A stretch of DNA of 64,000 nt from a virus (lineage: Duplodnaviria > Caudoviricetes): the IMG/VR virus record IMGVR_UViG_3300015050_000842, positions 1 through 64,000 of that record. One strand, given 5' to 3'. Under the pieces are notes generated by a model. It did no database searches. It had not been told where the DNA came from and saw only the letters and a program-made list of their open reading frames with translations. This document shows, piece by piece, positions 56,605-64,000 of this stretch (position 1 is the first letter of the stretch; each line of letters begins with the position of its first letter). The translations under genes and the position numbers were made by a program.

Positions 56605-56871
56605 TTGTATAAGCAATTAAATAAACACTTAAATATTATGAAAACACACACTTATTTTGAAATTCAAGACGGTTCAGGATGTATTGGTAATGGTAGGGGT
56701 ATTTACAGTTTTAAAACACTTGAAGAAGCTGTAAGGGTAGCAACAGAATTTAAAAGCAATCCACGTAGTCACAATGAAAAGATGTCTGATGAAAATGTAA
56801 AGTTTTGGAGCAGTAGAACATACACTATTGTAAAAAAGATAATTCAGACGGAAGAAATTCAAACTATATAA
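56605..56871 (+). CDS. Early hypothetical protein (ATG at 56638)
   Basis: First plus-strand gene; preceded by a TAAACACTTAAATAT block. Confidence 0.6.
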   Translation: MYKQLNKHLNIMKTHTYFEIQDGSGCIGNGRGIYSFKTLEEAVRVATEFKSNPRSHNEKMSDENVKFWSSRTYTIVKKIIQTEEIQTI

Positions 56872-56947
56872 CCAATCAACAGGGGTTGAAATATACCCCT
56901 CTTTATATTTATATCAGTAATTAATTAAACACTTAAATATAAACATT

Positions 56948-57133
56948 ATGACTACAATAGAATCAATTCAAAGTAACATTCATTACTATAAAACTATGTT
57001 AATAAGACTACGTAATATAGTACCGAATGACCCATTGGAGGAGATTAATAAAAATGAGGGTATTGAGTATTATATAAATACATTATCCGAATTAAAGGAA
57101 TCATTAAAAAACGCGATTAATCAAACATTATGA
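56948..57133 (+). CDS. Early hypothetical protein
   Basis: Same upstream block. Confidence 0.6.
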   Translation: MTTIESIQSNIHYYKTMLIRLRNIVPNDPLEEINKNEGIEYYINTLSELKESLKNAINQTL

Positions 57134-57354
57134 AAAATCTATTGGAAAGTAACGGATTTATAAAAGTTAATAATAAAAATGAATGGTTTATCAATTTTCA
57201 GGGCAGAACATATACCGTAATTAAAAACGGTGGTAAATGGTGGGTAATAATTAATAAAAATGGAATAGAAATAAAAATCAATCAAACAGGATTTACAAAA
57301 TTTAAGCATATCCAAAACTTATTAGAATCAATTACACTTAATAAAATTAACTAA
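57130..57354 (+). CDS. Early hypothetical protein
   Basis: ATGA-coupled. Confidence 0.6.
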   Translation: MKNLLESNGFIKVNNKNEWFINFQGRTYTVIKNGGKWWVIINKNGIEIKINQTGFTKFKHIQNLLESITLNKIN

Positions 57355-57403
57355 ATTTTAAACACTTAATGTCAGGGCAGACAATAACAGCCCCATAACG
57401 ATT

Positions 57404-57718
57404 ATGAAAATACAAAACTATAATGCCGAACAATTAACAGGAATACTAATTGACAGGCTTAAAGAGATTGAACAAAGGGAACGGATAGTATTAAAATTTC
57501 CTTTCAGTCATGCTATAAATAGAATAGAGATATATTGCTCCGAAACAGAGCCAAAGGGTAACGGATATTTTGGTACTACATTTAACGGTATTGTTTCTTT
57601 GCAGGTATTTAATGACTATGGAAATAAGCCAGTTGAAAAATCTTCATACTCCTACCAAAATGAGATGCTAAATTTCATACCAAAGTTAGTACAAAACATT
57701 TATTCCAAACTTAACTAA
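57404..57718 (+). CDS. Early hypothetical protein
   Basis: Packed ORF. Confidence 0.6.
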   Translation: MKIQNYNAEQLTGILIDRLKEIEQRERIVLKFPFSHAINRIEIYCSETEPKGNGYFGTTFNGIVSLQVFNDYGNKPVEKSSYSYQNEMLNFIPKLVQNIYSKLN

Positions 57719-57743
57719 TCAATTCACTTAAACAGATATAACA

Positions 57744-58232
57744 ATGAAACTGTCAGGTAAAAAACTTGAATTAATACATATAACAAGACAAAGTCTATTT
57801 GATTGCGATTATGTAGGATGTTGCGATAATTGTGGTAAGATTATAGTCAATATAGCCACCGTAAAAGACGAAAACGGCAAAACTTATGAGATAGGACTAG
57901 ACTGTAAAAAGACATTGATAGACAAGCCTGTAATTGATAAAATGTTGCTTAGTACTGATTTTATGACAAAGTACAATGTTAAGGAATACAAGCAAATGAC
58001 ATCAGAAGCGGAGAAGTTTTTAAAGTTTTGTTCTTATCCTGATATTGATATTCAGATAAGTAATAGCGAAGTTGTTATTTATGACAATAAGCCAAATACT
58101 CAATTTCCTGATAGCGGATTAATTGGCAATACTATCTATATGCAAAACATAGGCTATTTGAATAAAATAGGACTAAAGAATTTTATCATTAACCTATTAA
58201 ATACTAATAAAGCAAAATTATCTAAATATTAA
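57744..58232 (+). CDS. Early protein with a Zn-binding motif
   Basis: CCDNCGK.I.N.A.V......Y.IG.DC pattern. Confidence 0.65.
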   Translation: MKLSGKKLELIHITRQSLFDCDYVGCCDNCGKIIVNIATVKDENGKTYEIGLDCKKTLIDKPVIDKMLLSTDFMTKYNVKEYKQMTSEAEKFLKFCSYPDIDIQISNSEVVIYDNKPNTQFPDSGLIGNTIYMQNIGYLNKIGLKNFIINLLNTNKAKLSKY

Positions 58233-58282
58233 TTAAACCATTTAAGACCGTTCAGGTGCAGAACTAAAAAGACACAAAGAAA

Positions 58283-58519
58283 ATGAAAAACGACATTTAT
58301 TTAAACTGCAAGGCTCAAATTAAAAAAGAAGCTATTTTATTAAAGCGTGATAATCCTAAAGATAAAGCATATATACGCTATCAATTAAACACTCTTTGCG
58401 ACGAACTTATAAAGCAAATTAATTGGTATGTAATGAAGGACAAAATAACTGAAAAACAAGCTAAATTATACGCTCTTTGGTTATCATCATTTACAGCAAA
58501 CATGCACCCTAAAAACTAA
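58283..58519 (+). CDS. Early hypothetical protein
   Basis: Packed ORF. Confidence 0.6.
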   Translation: MKNDIYLNCKAQIKKEAILLKRDNPKDKAYIRYQLNTLCDELIKQINWYVMKDKITEKQAKLYALWLSSFTANMHPKN

Positions 58520-58523
58520 TAAC

Positions 58524-58775
58524 ATGAAAAATTCACTAAAACATTTTAATACGTCTTTAAAGCAATTGCAACAAGACGAAAAAGACGGTAAGCAATTAAG
58601 CCAAAATCATTATGGGGACTATTTAATGATTGAACAGTCAGAAGATAAAGAGCATTACAGGGTTTGGCTTAATCATCCTGAAAATGTAAAACAAGGATGT
58701 TCAAAATATCAAATTGAATATTGCGGTAAGGGTAATAATTGGAATTGGAAAACAATTAAACAAGGTAATAATTAA
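58524..58775 (+). CDS. Early hypothetical protein
   Basis: Packed ORF. Confidence 0.6.
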   Translation: MKNSLKHFNTSLKQLQQDEKDGKQLSQNHYGDYLMIEQSEDKEHYRVWLNHPENVKQGCSKYQIEYCGKGNNWNWKTIKQGNN

Positions 58776-58779
58776 AGCT

Positions 58780-59502
58780 ATGAAAAAGATTATAAAAGAA
58801 AATGTAAAAATTACGGATGCCTACGAAATGCCAAATGCCTACATTATAGATAAAGACGGTTTATGTTTTGTCTTTGCTTGTGTTGGTATTATATCAAGTT
58901 GTAAATATCAAAAAGCAGAAGATTATTTAAACCCTTTATGGCATAACAAATTCGTTTTGTCTATTCAATACGATTATAGAAGCGGAGATGATTTAAATTC
59001 CTTTAAATGGGTTAAGAATACGGGAACGTATGGAGAAACATTTTTCTGCGATACTTTGGAAGATGCAATTAAAAAGCATGAAGATTTTATAAACAGGACT
59101 TTTGAAAATTACAGGACATTTCACGGGGATAAAATAGAGCAGATTAATAAAGCAACTATTAAACAGGTCGCAAAATCTCAATCATTACATCATTACAGTA
59201 TGTTTCCAAATCTATTAGAGAGAAACGACATATATCTGCAAATTATCAAAAATAGCGGGGAGATGACAGAACTGAATAAATACATTGATAGATATAACAA
59301 CAACAGAGTTGCAGACGAAAAATACCTTAACAAGGTAAAAAACAGGTTTTTGTCAGACTTTGGGCAACCATTAGAACTATTTATACATAATTGGCATTTT
59401 TACATAACAGGGTTTATGAATAAATTCAACTTTAAAAATGTTGATGACCTAAACAAAAAGCAACAAGTAACAATCAGGAAAGTAATACACTTATATAATT
59501 AA
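58780..59502 (+). CDS. Early hypothetical protein (ATG at 58780)
   Basis: In-frame ATG 4 nt after the upstream stop. Confidence 0.6.
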   Translation: MKKIIKENVKITDAYEMPNAYIIDKDGLCFVFACVGIISSCKYQKAEDYLNPLWHNKFVLSIQYDYRSGDDLNSFKWVKNTGTYGETFFCDTLEDAIKKHEDFINRTFENYRTFHGDKIEQINKATIKQVAKSQSLHHYSMFPNLLERNDIYLQIIKNSGEMTELNKYIDRYNNNRVADEKYLNKVKNRFLSDFGQPLELFIHNWHFYITGFMNKFNFKNVDDLNKKQQVTIRKVIHLYN

Positions 59503-59522
59503 CCCCTAACCACAAAATAAAG

Positions 59523-59591
59523 CCATTACAGACACTTTAATATGTTTGTAATGGTAATTACTAACTTGCCCTTTATAATTGATTACAGGGC
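59523..59591 (+). promoter_or_regulatory. Two intergenic hairpins
   Basis: CCATTACAGAC/GTTTGTAATGG (59523-54) and GCCCT/AGGGC (59568-91). Confidence 0.45.
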
Positions 59592-59606
59592 TTAATTTTA
59601 AACGAA

Positions 59607-59852
59607 ATGAAACAACATAACCAGATAGGAAAGTACCCTAAAAAAGAGTTAGTGCTTGACGGCAAAAAGGGCAGAAACTTTGTAACCCCTAAAAATAAAA
59701 CATATCAGTTTGACTACGAAAAAATAGGTAATTCATATAATTTTATTATAATCTATATGGGTAAAAGAATGAGAATGAAAGAATCAGATTTTAACAAGCA
59801 TAATATTGATGATATTCTAATCTCAATAGAAAATTCACTTGCCATAAACTAA
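59607..59852 (+). CDS. Early hypothetical protein
   Basis: Packed ORF. Confidence 0.6.
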   Translation: MKQHNQIGKYPKKELVLDGKKGRNFVTPKNKTYQFDYEKIGNSYNFIIIYMGKRMRMKESDFNKHNIDDILISIENSLAIN

Positions 59853-59857
59853 ACACA

Positions 59858-60040
59858 ATGAAAACAGAACTTAAAAAAGCAATAGTTGATTTTATTTTTG
59901 AAAATGAAAAAGACTTTCAACTAATTAACAGAACTATCCAATATTTCAGGGAGTATATTTACAATAGTGAGGGAGATTATTTGATAGGCGGAGAAGAAGT
60001 AAAAGATTTTATAAAAGATGCTATAAAGTTTTTGCTATGA
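59858..60040 (+). CDS. Early hypothetical protein
   Basis: Packed ORF. Confidence 0.6.
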   Translation: MKTELKKAIVDFIFENEKDFQLINRTIQYFREYIYNSEGDYLIGGEEVKDFIKDAIKFLL

Positions 60041-60234
60041 CAGCACAACAAATAAAAGATGCAGTATTGCAAGGCAATAAGGTATTCTACGGACACAAAG
60101 GCTATGAAGTCATTACCGATAAGCATAATCAATGGTTTATAAGATATATTCCTAATGGGCATTGTATTGGATTAACGTGGCAAGACGGAACAACACTAAA
60201 CGGAGATGAACAAGATTTTTATATTGAAAACTAA
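60037..60234 (+). CDS. Early hypothetical protein (MT..QIK.AV..G.KV..HKGY.V type)
   Basis: ATGA-coupled; recurrent phage pattern. Confidence 0.65.
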   Translation: MTAQQIKDAVLQGNKVFYGHKGYEVITDKHNQWFIRYIPNGHCIGLTWQDGTTLNGDEQDFYIEN

Positions 60235-60246
60235 ACACTAAATAAG

Positions 60247-60489
60247 ATGAAAGCAACACAAAATCATATCCATAGCCTTGAAAGTATTTTATACCGATTG
60301 AAACAAGCAGAAAAGTATATTGAAAAGGATTGCATAGAAATTTGCCTAAAGGGAGATAATACAACTTTTTCCTATACCAATCGTAACGGAGATACATTAG
60401 GCACTCTTACAAAGTTTGTAGGCTCTGAATTAAACCAATTAAAAAACGCAATTAACGAATTAGAAAACTTAATTGAAACAAGCAAATGA
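60247..60489 (+). CDS. Early hypothetical protein
   Basis: Packed ORF. Confidence 0.6.
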   Translation: MKATQNHIHSLESILYRLKQAEKYIEKDCIEICLKGDNTTFSYTNRNGDTLGTLTKFVGSELNQLKNAINELENLIETSK

Positions 60490-60591
60490 AAACACTAACA
60501 CAAATTGATTGGCTGAAATGGATTTTAGCATCAATAACACTAACCTTTATTTTATCGGGTATTTATTCAGCATACTTAAACTTGTAAGGAG

Positions 60592-60864
60592 ATGATAGAA
60601 ATTAAAGGAATTAAATACGAAGAAATTCCACAACACCAACCGATGAGAATGAGTAAAACAGCTATGGAATTAATTGCTATGGCAAGTATGTTTTACACTC
60701 CATATATGGGTTATGGTAATGGAAATTCACAACCGAAAGAAAAATTAAAAATTGATATTGTTAAAGAGTTTGAATTAATTCAGGACAAAAAATCTAACCT
60801 TTCACGTTCTGAAAGAGAATGGGTAGTAAAAATATTTAATCAAAAATACAGGCAAGTAATATGA
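60592..60864 (+). CDS. Hypothetical protein
   Basis: DIVKEFELIQ.KKSNLSRSER..V motif typical of Bacteroidota phages. Confidence 0.65.
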   Translation: MIEIKGIKYEEIPQHQPMRMSKTAMELIAMASMFYTPYMGYGNGNSQPKEKLKIDIVKEFELIQDKKSNLSRSEREWVVKIFNQKYRQVI

Positions 60865-61181
60865 AAGAACTTGAAGAAAAACGCAAAGACGAAATTAAGA
60901 TTGTTTCGGAAAGGCAGATTGAAAAGCAATTAAAGTTTATCGGTAACATATTTGTAAGACCAAATCAGAAATGCTATGAATACAATACACTCACTAAAGA
61001 ACTGCAAATAGCCAAAACAGAATGTATAATCAATCCATTTGCAACAGGTAAGAAGATTGATATTTACAATGGTTGAACAATAGGAGAGAGCAAATTTGAA
61101 CAAAAGGTAATTACCAAAGATGACTGCCTGTATGTTGTAGCTATTAACAAAAGAAACGCAAAACGTAAATTAGGATTATGA
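60861..61181 (+). pseudogene. Hypothetical protein with an in-frame TGA at 61074-61076
   Basis: The frame stays open for 34 more codons (..KVITKDDCLYVVAINKRNAKRKLGL) and ends in an ATGA overlap with the next gene. Confidence 0.6.
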
Positions 61182-61396
61182 AACAAGCAAAAGAACTATT
61201 CACCGAATTAAAGAAACACTATTCAAGTACAGAGATATTTATTAAGCTATTCTCTGCCATTATGGGATGTGTTGGAGGTATTATGATACTCTTAGGAATA
61301 TGGAAATTCTTAGTAGATGTATTGGGAGATAATATTTTAAAATAATTTGATAGTATTAAAATAAATACTATATTTGATAAACGAAACGAGAATATA

Positions 61397-61699
61397 ATGA
61401 AACTTAACAAAGAAAATGCAAGAGCGTTTAACCAATCGTTAAAACTTGCGGTAAGTAACCAAACCCAACAAAAAGTAAGGGTAGAGATAATTAATTCATA
61501 TAAATTTCCTGATTGTTATGTTAGAGTTTATGCCCCAAATGGATTTTCAAACGAATTTAGATTAAGTGTTTTTGATGCTTTTGGTAATTCAAGAGATGGG
61601 CTACTAAATATGGATAATATTTCTTATGGAAATATTCAGAGCGGATTTATTTCTGGCAAAGTATTTCAATGGGAAAATCTTTTTAATCAAAATAACTAA
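61397..61699 (+). CDS. Hypothetical protein
   Basis: Packed ORF. Confidence 0.6.
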   Translation: MKLNKENARAFNQSLKLAVSNQTQQKVRVEIINSYKFPDCYVRVYAPNGFSNEFRLSVFDAFGNSRDGLLNMDNISYGNIQSGFISGKVFQWENLFNQNN

Positions 61700-61700
61700 C

Positions 61701-61871
61701 ATGAAAACGACCTACAAAGTAAAGCTAACACCTCACCCGATAATCATTCGGGTACAAGACAACGCCGAAGAAATAATCTTTGATAAGAAACACCTTAAAA
61801 TCAGTAAGGCAGAAAGAATTGTTGCTGATTTGAATTTAGGGGTAACGATTGATTTTGATAACTTAAACTAA
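61701..61871 (+). CDS. Hypothetical protein (ATG at 61701)
   Basis: In-frame ATG 1 nt after the upstream stop. Confidence 0.55.
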   Translation: MKTTYKVKLTPHPIIIRVQDNAEEIIFDKKHLKISKAERIVADLNLGVTIDFDNLN

Positions 61872-61876
61872 ACACA

Positions 61877-62047
61877 ATGAAAAGCGAACCACTAACAAAC
61901 GAAAAAGCTATTGAACTAATCAATGCTCAAATAAAAGACCTTGCATGGAATGTTGAATACCATGAGCAGAAACTTGCAGAGTACAGACTTAAACTGCAAT
62001 TAGCAGAGCAGAATCTTACAATCTATCTTAAACCCGAAACAGTATGA
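61877..62047 (+). CDS. 56-aa coiled-coil protein (MKSEPLTNEK...)
   Basis: Translated by hand; shares a 20-nt start block with the gene at 59858. Confidence 0.6.
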   Translation: MKSEPLTNEKAIELINAQIKDLAWNVEYHEQKLAEYRLKLQLAEQNLTIYLKPETV

Positions 62048-62112
62048 GAATCAATTTCACAATACAAGGCACTAAATACTCTTTAGATGCCGATGGCAGT
62101 CAGTATTGTTGA
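62044..62112 (+). pseudogene. Truncated 5' copy of the 62837 gene (MRINFTIQGTKYSLDADGSQYC*)
   Basis: 15 of the first 21 residues are identical to MKINFKIQGTPYYIDADGSCY; cut off where the HNH cassette begins. Confidence 0.75.
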
Positions 62113-62121
62113 ATAAATTAT

Positions 62122-62259
62122 TATATTTGTAACGCTTTGTACTTAACTCTTAAACACATGATTATTCATTCTTAAAAATATACCCTGACGGCTGGCGGAA
62201 CATTCCTCTCTATGAGAGTTAAGTTACAAAGCACGTTAGCCTGATGGGTTTTTAAAATC
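62122..62259 (+). promoter_or_regulatory. Promoter plus structured leader (copy 4) of an HNH gene
   Basis: TATATTTG 62122-29; 62134-50 pairs with 62215-32 (17 bp, 1 bulge); 62182-97 pairs with 62234-49 (tandem GA internal loop); then a T-tract and ATG. Confidence 0.7.
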
Positions 62260-62853
62260 ATGGGACATTTCAAAAATATAGACAATCAGTTTTCTATCGA
62301 TGGAGAAATTTGGAGAAAAATAAGACAACATAAACTATATGAAATTTCAAACTACGGTAGATTGCGTAGGTGGCGTAATTCAAAGCAAGAATACTATATC
62401 TGCATAAATCCACTTGTAAGGGTTACAGGATATTACAGAAAGACCATGCAGGTAAATGGTAAAAGTACAGGACAATTTATTCACCGATTAGTCGCAGAAG
62501 CATTTATACATAATCCTGAAAATAAGCCAATGGTAAACCATAAAGATGGCAATAAATGGAATAACCACGTTTCTAATTTAGAATGGGTTACCGCCAAAGA
62601 AAATATTGACCACGCATGGAGGACGGGTTTGCAACACACTAATTCACCCAATCTAAAAGGGTCACGACCAGCAAGAGAAATAAATCAATTAACATTAGAA
62701 GGAAATTTTATAAAAACATGGAAAAATGCAAGACAAATACACAGGGAATTAGGATTTTCAAATACAAGCATCTCTAAGTGTTGCAATAAAGAAAAACATC
62801 ATAAAACAGTCAGAGGATTTAAATGGGAATATAAAGATGAAAATAAACTTTAA
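62260..62853 (+). CDS. NUMOD4-HNH-NUMOD1 homing endonuclease
   Basis: EIWRKI...YEISNYGRLR; IHRLVAEAFIHNP..VNHKDGNKWNN.VSNLEW; INQLTLEG.FIK.W...ISKCC. Confidence 0.92.
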   Translation: MGHFKNIDNQFSIDGEIWRKIRQHKLYEISNYGRLRRWRNSKQEYYICINPLVRVTGYYRKTMQVNGKSTGQFIHRLVAEAFIHNPENKPMVNHKDGNKWNNHVSNLEWVTAKENIDHAWRTGLQHTNSPNLKGSRPAREINQLTLEGNFIKTWKNARQIHRELGFSNTSISKCCNKEKHHKTVRGFKWEYKDENKL

Positions 62854-63118
62854 AATTCAAGGCACACCGTACTACATAGATGCAGACGGCAGTTGCTATA
62901 CTCTTTATGCAATAGGAGTGAACAGAGATAAGGATTCCAAAAAGTTTGGAGAGCCAACAGAACGGTTTATAGGTCACTATACTAAAATAGTCAATGGCTT
63001 AAATAGAGCCGTTCAGACAGAGTTAGGCAATAGTATTGAAGAAATAGACCTGAAAGAGTTTTTGTTAAGATACGAGTCAGCTATGGAGTCTATAAGCAAT
63101 CAAATAGGAGATAAGTAA
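62837..63118 (+). CDS. Hypothetical protein (intact copy downstream of the HNH)
   Basis: Overlaps the HNH stop; its N-terminus is duplicated at 62044. Confidence 0.7.
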   Translation: MKINFKIQGTPYYIDADGSCYTLYAIGVNRDKDSKKFGEPTERFIGHYTKIVNGLNRAVQTELGNSIEEIDLKEFLLRYESAMESISNQIGDK

Positions 63119-63119
63119 G

Positions 63120-63278
63120 ATGGGACAATTAGTATCTGCAATTATAATATTTGCACTCATAACCTTATTAGGTTTAGGAATAGCATACGTTACGGGATGG
63201 AATGGGAAAACCGTATTGTTTGTTCTTTATGGACTAATAGTATTTTTAGGATGTATTCAAGCAGCAGACGAATTATGA
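63120..63278 (+). CDS. 52-aa two-TM membrane protein
   Basis: MGQLVSAIIIFALITLLGLGIAYVTGWNGKTVLFVLYGLIVFLGCIQAADEL; ATGA-coupled. Confidence 0.55.
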   Translation: MGQLVSAIIIFALITLLGLGIAYVTGWNGKTVLFVLYGLIVFLGCIQAADEL

Positions 63279-63490
63279 ATCACTACAACCCATATCAAAC
63301 CCTTAGTTACACCGCTAAGTACGGTAGTCCTAAACCAAAAGTTAAACATACTCACTTTGTAGTGACTTATAATGGGATTGCCTTAACAAAGCCGATGTCT
63401 TATGCTTTATCGCAAATGGAGTTAAAGCAATTTAAGATGCAGGGTATTTTATATCCTGATAAAACAAAGTTTAAAATAGTAGGAGTATAA
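63275..63490 (+). CDS. Hypothetical protein (ATG at 63275)
   Basis: ATGA overlap with the upstream membrane gene. Confidence 0.55.
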   Translation: MNHYNPYQTLSYTAKYGSPKPKVKHTHFVVTYNGIALTKPMSYALSQMELKQFKMQGILYPDKTKFKIVGV

Positions 63491-63505
63491 ACAAAACGAA
63501 ACGAA

Positions 63506-64000
63506 ATGCAATTAAAGACAATTAAAAAGACAATTTCAGCCAAAATGAACGCATGGCTTGAATCAATTACAGATGAAAAACTTAGGTCAGATGTCAAAGA
63601 CAATTTGCTTATTTCAGGTGGTTCAATTACATCATTACTACTTAACGAGGAAGTAAATGACTATGATGTTTATATTCAAGACAGAAATGTTTTGCTTAAA
63701 TTAGTTAATTACTATGTTGGAGATATGGATGACGTAGAGGTTTGGGATGGCAGGAACAAAAAAGACATCATCAAAGACAGAGAGTTCGATGGTTGTGACT
63801 TAGAAAATAGCTACTCACAATTAGGTTGCGCCATTAGGAACTTAGGCACAGACCAAATAAAACTTTATATAGAGGGTAGTAGTACAGGAGGGTTAAAAGT
63901 AGAAAGTGCCTTAGAAGCAGTTAGAAACTCTGCCGAATCAATGACAGAAGTAGCTAAGTATAGAGTTGAATTTTTGTCGCCAAACGCTATCAGCCTATCG
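63506..64000 (+). CDS. Pol-beta-superfamily nucleotidyltransferase-like protein (3' truncated by the window)
   Basis: MQLKTIKK...LISGGSITSLLLNEEVNDYDVY (GG.S...DxD). Not in the ORF track. Confidence 0.7.
   Translation, partial: MQLKTIKKTISAKMNAWLESITDEKLRSDVKDNLLISGGSITSLLLNEEVNDYDVYIQDRNVLLKLVNYYVGDMDDVEVWDGRNKKDIIKDREFDGCDLENSYSQLGCAIRNLGTDQIKLYIEGSSTGGLKVESALEAVRNSAESMTEVAKYRVEFLSPNAISLS

Noticed and set aside
1-64000. Stop-codon reassignment as in some crAss-like phages
   Set aside because: TAA, TGA and TAG all end genes, many in ATGA/TAATG overlaps; long genes are intact in code 11; the two internal stops are different codons.
1-64000. tRNA, rRNA, integrase/att site, DGR reverse transcriptase, introns or inteins
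   Set aside because: No cloverleaf/T-loop, tyrosine or serine recombinase, YxDD RT or splicing motifs were recognised by eye; tRNAscan and HMM searches would be needed to exclude them fully.

Overview
The whole window is one dsDNA bacteriophage genome segment, read with the standard genetic code. The likely host is a Bacteroidota bacterium: TAnnTTTG promoters, A-rich starts without Shine-Dalgarno sequences, and Bacteroidota-phage gene families. The minus strand (2910-55623) carries a crAss-like podovirus morphogenesis block (TerL, portal, scaffold, major capsid, ring proteins, tail stabilisation/muzzle protein, three ejection proteins, tail fibre, lysis genes). It also carries two glycosylation/sugar-modification clusters and a lambdoid-type replication module (O-like initiator, primase-helicase, NinB-like, RepL-like). 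The plus strand (1-2900 and 56605-64000) carries small early-type genes. Four HNH endonuclease genes are inserted. No tRNA, rRNA, CRISPR array, integrase, DNA polymerase or RNA polymerase was recognised. Main candidates for new biology: (1) a virion O-glycosylation system, in which the muzzle gene is split, its N-terminal half ends in a mucin-like poly-Thr stalk, and a plant SERGT1/HPAT-like (GT96/GT95) protein O-glycosyltransferase is translationally coupled directly behind it, with a separate transaldolase plus four-domain NDP-sugar enzyme cluster as a possible donor pathway; (2) a ~90-nt small RNA antisense to the start codons of at least four early genes; (3) four sequence-unrelated but topologically identical pseudoknot/attenuator leaders, three before NUMOD4-HNH genes and one before the glycosylation operon. 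All family assignments come from motif recognition by eye; no searches were run.
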